32,000 nucleotides of DNA, taken from NCBI GenBank assembly GCA_030606485.1, contig JAUWGH010000001.1:750001-782000 (forward strand). The letters are read 5' to 3'. Both the position numbers and the translations under genes were made by a program. The notes beneath the pieces are model-generated. The model worked only from the letters and a program-made list of their open reading frames with translations, did not search any database and was not told the origin of the DNA. Positions within the stretch are counted from its first letter, which is position 1, and every line of letters begins with the position of its first letter. Positions 1 through 7,784 of this stretch are shown one piece after another. This DNA comes from Promethearchaeota archaeon. Its GTDB lineage: Archaea; Asgardarchaeota; Lokiarchaeia; Sigyniarchaeales; SOKP01.

Positions 1-1186
1 CAAAAGGCAATGCAGCAACAATTCCACCAGAAAGATCGGCTAATATTTTATATTCATTATAAATCTCCTCGCCAGCTAATCTCCTTCCTGCGTTAGTTAA
101 TATTTCATCCGGAATGTAGGTCCCGGAGGGTGCTTTTTCAGCACGATACGCGCTTGCTATACCTGCAGCATTTACAAGCTCAGCTGTTCCTATTAAATGA
201 GACAATTTATCTCTAACATGAGAAGTTTTTTCGATCCCGTTATATTCCGCCACTAATGCGGCAGCGCTTGCAATAACTTCAGATACAGCTGGTTTACAAC
301 CAGTATATGAATGTCGATGATAATGAGCGAACATTAAAGCCAAAAAACCAGCGTAGGGAGTTTGCCTTGGATCCGCATTTCCGTTTAAAAAAACTCGCTC
401 ATTTGGAACAAAAACATCATCAAAGATAATCATGGTTTCAACATCACCTAATCTTAACCCCGGAGCTTCCAGACCATATTTACTTTGCCGGAAATATGCT
501 GGTCTAACAAGTAATTTAACACGATCCCAATCTGATGGTAAAGCAAATGCAACTGCATAATCATTATCTTTAGGCCCCATAAATCTTGTTGGAACTGCGA
601 CAAGTTCATCAGCATAAGCTGTATTTGTGATACATATTTTACAACCTCTCACAACAATACCATCTTCTTTTGTTTCAATCACCCTCAAATATTGATCAGG
701 ATCTTCTTGTTCGTGAGGACGTTTTAATCTATCTCCCTTAGTATCAGTTTGTGCGCAGCTTGCGACCAAATCGTTTTCTTGGAAATATTTAAGATACACT
801 TCAAATCGTTTATAGAAATCAGTTCCTAATGCTTGGTCAACCTCATATGTAATAACAGATAATGCATTTATTGCATCTATTCCCATACATCTCTGAATAC
901 AACCTCCTACTCTATGGCTAAGAACACGGGTCATTTGTTGCTTTTTCAATAGATCATCTACACTATGGTGTATATGACAAAAACGGTTTATCCTTTTCCC
1001 AGTTAAATGAGAGGTTGCAGTGCATAAATCCTTATATTCTTCTTCATCTACATGATCAAAAGTTTCTTTTATTATATTCATACCTCCCCTAATTCGGGGG
1101 TCGTCTCTTCCCACTATTTCTTCCCCTATCCAAATATTATGCTTCATCTTTTTAAGATCTTCATAATATTGCTCAAAAGTTCTCAT
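1..1186 (-). CDS. abfD: 4-hydroxybutyryl-CoA dehydratase / vinylacetyl-CoA isomerase family (HpaB-like fold, FAD + 4Fe-4S); partial, C-terminus runs off the left edge
   Basis: Manual translation from ATG at 1186 (MRTFEQYYEDLKKMKHNIWIGEE...) is open to base 2. It contains TSHLTGKRINRF, GGCIQRCMGIDA, AQTDTKGDR, ETMIIFDDVFVP and HRHSYTGCK, matching AbfD motifs with the Cys/Cys/His/Cys cluster ligands. Missing from the ORF track because there is no stop in the window. Confidence 0.88.
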   Translation of the reverse strand, partial: MRTFEQYYEDLKKMKHNIWIGEEIVGRDDPRIRGGMNIIKETFDHVDEEEYKDLCTATSHLTGKRINRFCHIHHSVDDLLKKQQMTRVLSHRVGGCIQRCMGIDAINALSVITYEVDQALGTDFYKRFEVYLKYFQENDLVASCAQTDTKGDRLKRPHEQEDPDQYLRVIETKEDGIVVRGCKICITNTAYADELVAVPTRFMGPKDNDYAVAFALPSDWDRVKLLVRPAYFRQSKYGLEAPGLRLGDVETMIIFDDVFVPNERVFLNGNADPRQTPYAGFLALMFAHYHRHSYTGCKPAVSEVIASAAALVAEYNGIEKTSHVRDKLSHLIGTAELVNAAGIASAYRAEKAPSGTYIPDEILTNAGRRLAGEEIYNEYKILADLSGGIVAALPF

Positions 1187-1559
1187 TTTTTTATTTATCC
1201 CTTTTATATTTTTCAAATAAATTTTTTTAAATTAATATAGTTAATTAAAATAATCAACTCGGATGTTAATAAGTCTATTTTTTTTATTTAAAATAAGAAA
1301 TTTTACATTGTAATATAACAATAATAGGCGATTTGATATATTTGAAATAAAACTGAATATTTAGAAGAATTCATAAAAAGTAAATGGCTTGCTAATGCAC
1401 ATATATTATTTGTGTATTATTTGGATATTCTCTGGATCACATACAAGTATAATTTAGAAATAGATCGTGATATTTTTCGAGTTTAAATATCATCATAATT
1501 CAATTTACTATAAAAAATTAGATTTAAATAATTTTTTAAAAAAAAGGTTGTGTGTTGGA

Positions 1560-1916
1560 TTGAAACTGTGGAAAAAAGGTCGATATGATTTTAGAACGTC
1601 AGTAGAGGAGACTATGGGATGTTTACACAGAATGGGGGCAGTTGAGAGCTCACATCTCTCACAGTATTTAATTAAAAAGTATAATTTGTCTTCCTTAGAT
1701 CAGGTTGAAGATGTAAAAAAGCAGTTATTGAGGGGTAATATTTTAATTATTAATGTAGCTACTATTTTGGGGGATCAAAATGTGTCAATAATTGATTTTA
1801 AGAGATCTATTGATCAAATAAGGGCGGAGATTAATTTAACAGGAGGATCTATAGGAAGGATCGGAGATACTTATTTAATAATTACACCAAATAGCCATAT
1901 AAAGATTTCCCACTAA
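1560..1916 (+). CDS. sepF: Archaeal-type cell division protein SepF (DUF552)
   Basis: C-terminal core ...SLDQVEDVKKQLLRGNILIINV...KRSIDQIRAEINLTGGSIGRIGDTYLIITP matches archaeal SepF. The track start at 1467 adds low-complexity AT-rich sequence. The in-frame TTG at 1560 (MKLWKKGRY) is the more plausible start, but this is uncertain. Confidence 0.75.
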   Translation: MKLWKKGRYDFRTSVEETMGCLHRMGAVESSHLSQYLIKKYNLSSLDQVEDVKKQLLRGNILIINVATILGDQNVSIIDFKRSIDQIRAEINLTGGSIGRIGDTYLIITPNSHIKISH

Positions 1917-1993
1917 ATAATTCCAAAGCGAAAAACTAAAAACCATAGTAACTTTGAATATAAATAGAGATTTTGATTTCAATTATTTTGTGA

Positions 1994-2509
1994 GTGAAAT
2001 TTTTGGACATTAAACAGCGGCATTTTATTCGATCTTCTGAAATAAAAGAAATTATTTCACAAATTAAAAAAACTTATTTTCAAGGTTTTGTTGATAAAAT
2101 TTTTCCAAAAAAATCAAAAGTTGAGCGAATCTTAATTGAACATGGCGATGAGTTAATCGCAATTAATAATAAACTTAGCTTGTGGAAAAAGGGAAAAATC
2201 TACATTCCTATACTGTCCTTATTATTAGAAGGTAATTTAGGATTAAAAACCATCGTTGTAGATATGGGTGCAATAAAATTTGTGACTAATGGTGCTGATA
2301 TAATGCGTCCTGGAATAACAAAAATTGAACCTTCAATTAAAAAAGGTGATATAGTCAGAATAGCAGATGAAACACATGATCGAATTCTGGCTGTTGGACA
2401 AGCTACGTTTGATGCGAGGGAGATGGAAAAAAAGACGTCCGGGAAAGTTGTTAAAAACCTTCACACTATAAAAGACCCGGTCTGGAAATTTGCTAAAACC
2501 TTTAAATGA
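1994..2509 (+). CDS. PUA-domain RNA-binding protein (DUF1947 + PUA; MCT-1/Tma20 homologue)
   Basis: VVDMGAIKFVTNGADIMRPGI and the N-terminal RHFIRSSEIK are typical of the archaeal MCT-1/Tma20-like family; GTG start. Confidence 0.9.
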   Translation: MKFLDIKQRHFIRSSEIKEIISQIKKTYFQGFVDKIFPKKSKVERILIEHGDELIAINNKLSLWKKGKIYIPILSLLLEGNLGLKTIVVDMGAIKFVTNGADIMRPGITKIEPSIKKGDIVRIADETHDRILAVGQATFDAREMEKKTSGKVVKNLHTIKDPVWKFAKTFK

Positions 2510-2605
2510 AAATATTTTTTTAAAATTGAAGATATACACTGATAGAAGGAAGAAATGGAATATATTGTTTAAATTATGAAAAAAAGGAAGATTTAATTAG
2601 ATTTT

Positions 2606-2860
2606 TTATATTCCGCCTGCTTGAGTGGCCATCACTGTAATTACATCCTTTTTGGGATGAATCCCGACTTTGGTAAATTTAAGATTATCAGGAAGAACTT
2701 TTCCTTTAAAAATAAACTGGATTGCTAAGATTGGATTGAGTTTATACTCTCGTTGAACTGTTTTCTTAATTTCTGCTATGCTATTATTTGGGTCTACTTC
2801 TACTAATTTAATTGCTTGGTCTGGGGGTACCCCAGTAAGTCTAAATCTATATTGCGTCAT
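2606..2860 (-). CDS. Ubiquitin-like protein (eukaryote-type beta-grasp), precursor ending Gly-Gly-Ile
   Basis: 84 aa. LVEVDPNNSIAEIKKTVQ aligns with ubiquitin TLEVEPSDTIENVKAKIQ, and FIFKGKVL with LIFAGKQL. The C-terminus QAGGI-stop was checked in the DNA (gca ggc gga ata taa). Confidence 0.85.
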   Translation of the reverse strand: MTQYRFRLTGVPPDQAIKLVEVDPNNSIAEIKKTVQREYKLNPILAIQFIFKGKVLPDNLKFTKVGIHPKKDVITVMATQAGGI

Positions 2861-3104
2861 TATTTTTTCAGTTTCTTTTATTTATTTTAAGTCTAAATTA
2901 ATATTTACTAATTATTTTTCAATTTGGATTGTTTTTTGTTATTTATAATTTTTCAAAAGAAATTATAAAATATTTCAGTTAATTATAGGTAATCGATACA
3001 AATATTTAAAGTTTAGGTGTTTAGTAGTTATCTTTTTGTTCAATTCTTTAGTTTTAGTTCGAACAATGGTATAATTTTTATTTCTATTTTTCTTATTTTA
3101 TTTC

Positions 3105-4328
3105 ATGAGTATTTCAAATGAAAAACGAAAAATTAAAGAAGAAATATTAAGTCAAGATTATTTTAAATCGATGGCCAAATCTGATAGAATTCTTTTTGTT
3201 CTTCGGACTTTTGGGCCACAGAATTTTACTTCATTAAAGGATCTTTCAAAAATGAGCAAATCAACGGTTTCGAAATATGTAAACCTTCATCTCCAGAAAG
3301 ATTATATAGAAAAAAGATTATTTGAATTAGAAAATAACCAAAGAAGGCCAAAATATGTCCTTACTGAATCTGGTAATAAAATTTCAAAAGAACTTTTTGA
3401 AAAATTTGATGATAACTTAATTTTAATGAATAAAATTAATCGTAGTATTTCGAAACTATCACAACTAATTCAATTTTATGAGAATATTTCTGTAGATCAG
3501 TCAATAATTAATCGAATAATTAGGATTATATCAAAACTGGGAGATCAGTTTTTTACTTTAGAACAAAACGAGGATTTGTATATGTCCCTCTTTTTTATGT
3601 TTTATAACTCCGCTCTAACACCGAATTTTAGATTTGAACTTAAGGAGTTTTGTACTTTATACAAGGTAAATGAAGTCAGCATTGATTATCATATCTATAA
3701 AATTATGTCTAGTAATTTAGGATTTCATTTGTTTGAACGAGGAGATGATAAGTTCTTTTTTCATTCTGAAGATCTTTTAGGAACTATCACCTTGCGTTTA
3801 ACAAAAGATCTGCTTATAGAAGAATTGATACATTTTAATATTGAGGGAAAAACGAGAATTGATAATTTGGATAAAGTTGCAGAAGATATAGCAAAATCTC
3901 TTTTAAAAATGGGGCTTATCTGGGGTAGAATTAAAAAAGAATTTGAATTATTAATAGAAAAATTGTTTATTAAAATGGCGTTAGATATGGGATTCCCTAA
4001 AATCAATTTAATAAATTTAATTCTCTCTTCAAAAAAATTTAATGAAAATAAATTACCAATTGACTCATTAATTAAAATTTTCAATGGTTCTGAGGATTAT
4101 GTTGATTTAAATTTGGTTCCAAGTAAAATAAAATCAGACGAAAAAATTAAAGATATTTCTGGAATTAAGTTAGAGGGAGTAGTAGGGTTTTGTTCTTCTT
4201 GTGGACAATTAATTTTAAATAATGTTATCCAATGTCCTGAATGTAAAAAAAGAATCAATAAAGATCATTTATTAATGGAAATTGATAAAGCTCTCAAATT
4301 AAAAAATAAATATCAAAAGGGAACTTAA
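3105..4328 (+). CDS. Winged-helix (MarR/ArsR-like) DNA-binding protein with C-terminal zinc ribbon
   Basis: N-terminal HTH (NFTSLKDLSKMSKSTVSKYV) with wing (RPKYVLTESG); C-terminal CSSC-x10-CPEC; middle region unassigned. Confidence 0.7.
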   Translation: MSISNEKRKIKEEILSQDYFKSMAKSDRILFVLRTFGPQNFTSLKDLSKMSKSTVSKYVNLHLQKDYIEKRLFELENNQRRPKYVLTESGNKISKELFEKFDDNLILMNKINRSISKLSQLIQFYENISVDQSIINRIIRIISKLGDQFFTLEQNEDLYMSLFFMFYNSALTPNFRFELKEFCTLYKVNEVSIDYHIYKIMSSNLGFHLFERGDDKFFFHSEDLLGTITLRLTKDLLIEELIHFNIEGKTRIDNLDKVAEDIAKSLLKMGLIWGRIKKEFELLIEKLFIKMALDMGFPKINLINLILSSKKFNENKLPIDSLIKIFNGSEDYVDLNLVPSKIKSDEKIKDISGIKLEGVVGFCSSCGQLILNNVIQCPECKKRINKDHLLMEIDKALKLKNKYQKGT

Positions 4329-4466
4329 CGATACTAATAATTTTATGCGATAACTTGCGAAAATTTGGATAAAAAAATATTTTTTTTTTATTTCATTTTA
4401 TTAAAAAGACAAAGATTTTTTTGATTTTGAGATTTTAGTTATTTATTCAATAATGGAATTAATCCG

Positions 4467-5996
4467 ATGAAATGGAATAAAATTCTACTTTTAGTGGCCA
4501 ATTATAGATGTACGGGTTATGATTTTTACGATTCTGCATTTCCACCATTAGCCCTTGAATATATTGCGGCTTACGTGGAGGACTTAGTCGATGTAATAAT
4601 TTTAGATTCTAAAGCAGATAATTTGAGTTTAAAACAGGTTAAAAAAAAGATTAAGGAATATGGACCTGACTTAGTAGGTTTATCGGTTCCAGTATCAAGT
4701 GCAATTAATGATGTATTATTATATGCAAAAATTGCTAAAGATTTTAGTTGCACTACAGTAATTGGGGGCTGGCATCCAACTTTAGCTGTTGAACAGACTT
4801 TATCATCTCCTTGGATTGATATTTTAGTTAGAGGAGAGGGAGAATTTACATTTCGAGAGTTGATTGAAAAGGGGACTCCAGAAAATGTAAATGGTTTATC
4901 TTATAAATCGAATGGAGAATTAATTCATAATCCAGATAGACCTTTTCTTAAAAATTTAGATGAGTTAAAGTTTCCAGCGAGACATTTAGTCAAACAATAT
5001 AAATATAAAGCATTTAATATGAATTGTGATGCTATAGAAACTTCACGTGGATGCCCTCAAGCATGCAGATTTTGTAGCACTCACGTGGTTTACAAGCGGA
5101 GCTGGAGACCTAGATCTGTTGAAAATGTAATTAGAGAATTAGAAGTTATATCAAAAAATAAAAAAATTAGTGATGTATTCTTTGTTGACGATAATATACT
5201 TGTTAACATGAAACGAATTGAAAAGCTCTGTATGGAAATTATAAGAGCTAAAAGAGAGAGAAGGATTAAAAAACATTTGCATTTTTTCTTCCAAGGAAGA
5301 TTAGATTCAATGGCAAGATATCCGGAAATCACAAAATTAATGGGTAAAGCAGGTTTTTGGCTTGTTCTTGTAGGAGTTGAAGCAACTGATAATAAAGGAT
5401 TAAAACATGTAGAAAAGGGCTGTAGTATAGAAAATATCAAAAAAGGAATAGAGGTATTACATGAAAGTGGGATAATTGTTATGGGTAATGTAATTATTGG
5501 TGCAAATCTTGATGATACTGTGGAAGATGTTCTAATTACGATTAAACGAACGAGAGAATTAACGTTAGATTTACCAAGTTTTACTTTGTTAACACCATTT
5601 CCTGCAACAGGGTTTTACATAGAATTAAAGGAAAAAAACCTATTATTAACTGAAGATTATTCAAAATATAATTGGCTCACACCTGTAATAAAAACACAAA
5701 ATTTCAGTCCTAAAGTTCTTAGAAAATTATTATTTCTTGGTTTCTATCATGTTGGCTTTTATGGTGGAGATTGGCCTACTAAATGGAATTTACTTCGTAG
5801 AGGAATTAAATCAAGAGGAATTAAATACATTTTTCATCCTGGAAGAGCATACAGAACTGTTAAGTCTTATTTTACGTGGCGAAAGATTGTTATGGATAAT
5901 ATACAAGGCTTAAATAAAGAAGAAAGGAATCAACTACTCTTAGGAAATGTTAAGGATATGATTGAATTAAAGCAAGCAATCATAAAAAGGAGTTAA
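4467..5996 (+). CDS. B12-binding domain radical SAM protein (paralogue 1)
   Basis: PPLALEYIA, GGWHPT and GEGE (cobalamin-binding region), then TSRGCPQACRFC (CxxxCxxC), FVDDN, GVE and LTPFPAT. Confidence 0.92.
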   Translation: MKWNKILLLVANYRCTGYDFYDSAFPPLALEYIAAYVEDLVDVIILDSKADNLSLKQVKKKIKEYGPDLVGLSVPVSSAINDVLLYAKIAKDFSCTTVIGGWHPTLAVEQTLSSPWIDILVRGEGEFTFRELIEKGTPENVNGLSYKSNGELIHNPDRPFLKNLDELKFPARHLVKQYKYKAFNMNCDAIETSRGCPQACRFCSTHVVYKRSWRPRSVENVIRELEVISKNKKISDVFFVDDNILVNMKRIEKLCMEIIRAKRERRIKKHLHFFFQGRLDSMARYPEITKLMGKAGFWLVLVGVEATDNKGLKHVEKGCSIENIKKGIEVLHESGIIVMGNVIIGANLDDTVEDVLITIKRTRELTLDLPSFTLLTPFPATGFYIELKEKNLLLTEDYSKYNWLTPVIKTQNFSPKVLRKLLFLGFYHVGFYGGDWPTKWNLLRRGIKSRGIKYIFHPGRAYRTVKSYFTWRKIVMDNIQGLNKEERNQLLLGNVKDMIELKQAIIKRS

Positions 5997-6006
5997 AAAT
6001 AGTATT

Positions 6007-7461
6007 ATGGTAATTAACGTCCCTAAAGAAAATCATTTCAGATGGAAAAGAATTCTTTTAATCAAACCAAACTATAGGACAACTGGTTGGGATTACTATA
6101 ATGTGGATTTCCCACCAATAAATTTGACATATATTGCGAGTTATTTAACAGATTTAAATGTTAAGGTGGAAATACTCGATGCTAAAGTAAATAATTTAAC
6201 CCATAAACAAATAAAGAAAAAGATACAAAAATACAACCCTGATATTGTAGGAATTTCAGTATTTGTTTCTGCAGCGATAAATTTTTGTTATGATATCGCA
6301 AAAATTGTGAAAGAAGTTAATTCTAATTGCACAGTCGTATTTGGGGGACGACATCCAACCTTCGAACCCGATGAGACATTAAAATGTAATGAGGTCGATT
6401 ATATAGTTAGGGGAGAAGGAGAGTTAACATTCAGAGATTTAATAATAAAAGGAACCCCAGAAGCTGTTAAAGGACTTTCTTATAAATTGAATAGAAAAAC
6501 ACTCCACAATCTTGAACGCCCATTAATTCAAAATTTTGAAAGAATTAGATTTCCAGCAAGACATCTTACAAAAAAAAACAAGTATAAGATGTTTACAGTA
6601 AGGTTGGAAACGATTGAAACCTCAAGAGGATGTCCTCATACATGCACATTTTGCACCACTCATATTATCAATAAAGGTAAATGGCGACCTAGACCAATTG
6701 AGAAAATAATTACAGAGATGAAAATGATATCACACAATAGAAAAATTTCGGATATCTTCTTTGTAGATGACAATTTAACCGCCAATACCAAAAGAATTGA
6801 AAGATTGTGTGAGCGAATTATTGAATGTAAAAAAAATAAGGAAATTAATGATTTCAAATTTTTTGCCCAGATTAGAGTGGATTCTATAGTGAAATCACCT
6901 CATATGGTGAAGAAAATGGCAGAAGCCGGATTTTGGGTTGTTTTTATTGGAATTGAAAGCATAAATGAAGAAACATTAAAAGAAGTAAGAAAAGGATTTA
7001 ATTTCTCTAAAGTTTTAAAAGCTTTAGAGATTTTACATAAAAGTAACATTATTGTTATCGGAAACTTAATAATTGGGCTTGATTTGAATGCAACCGAAAT
7101 GGATATTAAAAAAGAAATTCAATTTATGAAAAATGTCGATGTAGATATCATTAGTTATTGTTTATTAACGCCCTTTCCTGGAAGCGAGACTTTGAAGGAT
7201 TTAGAAGCAAAAAACTTAGTTATCACTAAAGATTGGTCGAAATATACGGTATTTGACCCTGTTATGAAAACATTTCAATTAAGCCCAAAAAGTTTACTTG
7301 ATCTATTATATTACTCTTTTAGAGAATTAAAAATTCTGAATAATTGGAGAGGTATTGCATCCCGAATTGTTAAAACGCGCGGACTTATTTTTGTTCTTAA
7401 TCCAATTAAATTAATATCACTTATTAATTCCTATTTAAAAGTGAGATATTTATTTAAATAA
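6007..7461 (+). CDS. B12-binding domain radical SAM protein (paralogue 2)
   Basis: PPINLTYIA, GGRHPT and GEGE, then TSRGCPHTCTFC, FVDDN, GIES and LTPFPGS; 10 bp downstream of paralogue 1. Confidence 0.92.
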   Translation: MVINVPKENHFRWKRILLIKPNYRTTGWDYYNVDFPPINLTYIASYLTDLNVKVEILDAKVNNLTHKQIKKKIQKYNPDIVGISVFVSAAINFCYDIAKIVKEVNSNCTVVFGGRHPTFEPDETLKCNEVDYIVRGEGELTFRDLIIKGTPEAVKGLSYKLNRKTLHNLERPLIQNFERIRFPARHLTKKNKYKMFTVRLETIETSRGCPHTCTFCTTHIINKGKWRPRPIEKIITEMKMISHNRKISDIFFVDDNLTANTKRIERLCERIIECKKNKEINDFKFFAQIRVDSIVKSPHMVKKMAEAGFWVVFIGIESINEETLKEVRKGFNFSKVLKALEILHKSNIIVIGNLIIGLDLNATEMDIKKEIQFMKNVDVDIISYCLLTPFPGSETLKDLEAKNLVITKDWSKYTVFDPVMKTFQLSPKSLLDLLYYSFRELKILNNWRGIASRIVKTRGLIFVLNPIKLISLINSYLKVRYLFK

Positions 7462-7585
7462 TTTTTACTGAATTAATGATATTTTAACTCGAAATAATTT
7501 TTAAAGATCGAATATAAAATAATTATAAATTTAATAAACAACTTTTTTATTTAGAAATAATATCGCAATAATCAGCAACATTAAT

Positions 7586-7703
7586 GCAGGGATAACCGAG
7601 CCTGGTCAATAAGAAACTTGAATATGGGTCAAGACTGATTATAGGTGCTGGACTTAAGATCCAGTGGCGTAGGCCTTCGGGAGTTCGAATCTCCCTCCCT
7701 GCA
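7586..7703 (+). tRNA. tRNA-Leu(TAA) with a 33-nt intron (7610-7642) at position 21/22
   Basis: Acceptor stem GCAGGGA/TCCCTGC; anticodon arm CTGGA-CTTAAGA-TCCAG; long variable arm; T arm GGGAG-TTCGAAT-CTCCC. Removing 7610-7642 restores the canonical D arm ACCGAGCCTGGTCAAAGGT. Confidence 0.93.
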
Positions 7704-7704
7704 C

Positions 7705-7725
7705 ATTTTCTCTTTTTTTCTTTTC
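7705..7725 (+). terminator. Oligo-T/pyrimidine-rich archaeal terminator candidate after tRNA-Leu
   Basis: ATTTTCTCTTTTTTTCTTTTC immediately follows the tRNA 3' end. Confidence 0.5.
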
Positions 7726-7784
7726 AAGGATGAAATATAGACTAAAAGAAGAAAAATTAAAAAAATAAGATTATTTACTAATAT

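Noticed and set aside
1052-1240. 62-aa plus-strand ORF in the track
   Set aside because: Antisense shadow of the abfD N-terminus; no protein-like features.
1467-1559. Track N-terminal extension of SepF
   Set aside because: Low-complexity AT-rich promoter-like sequence; TTG 1560 gives a more typical SepF length.
7610-7642. tRNA intron as a box C/D guide RNA (CTGA at 7635-7638)
   Set aside because: Only 33 nt with no box C; the CTGA is part of the BHB pairing.
7568-7642. 8-bp complement between the tRNA leader (ATAATCAG, 7568-7575) and the intron end (CTGATTAT, 7635-7642), suggesting a split or permuted tRNA
   Set aside because: The tRNA is complete and collinear; a short AT-rich match is compatible with chance.
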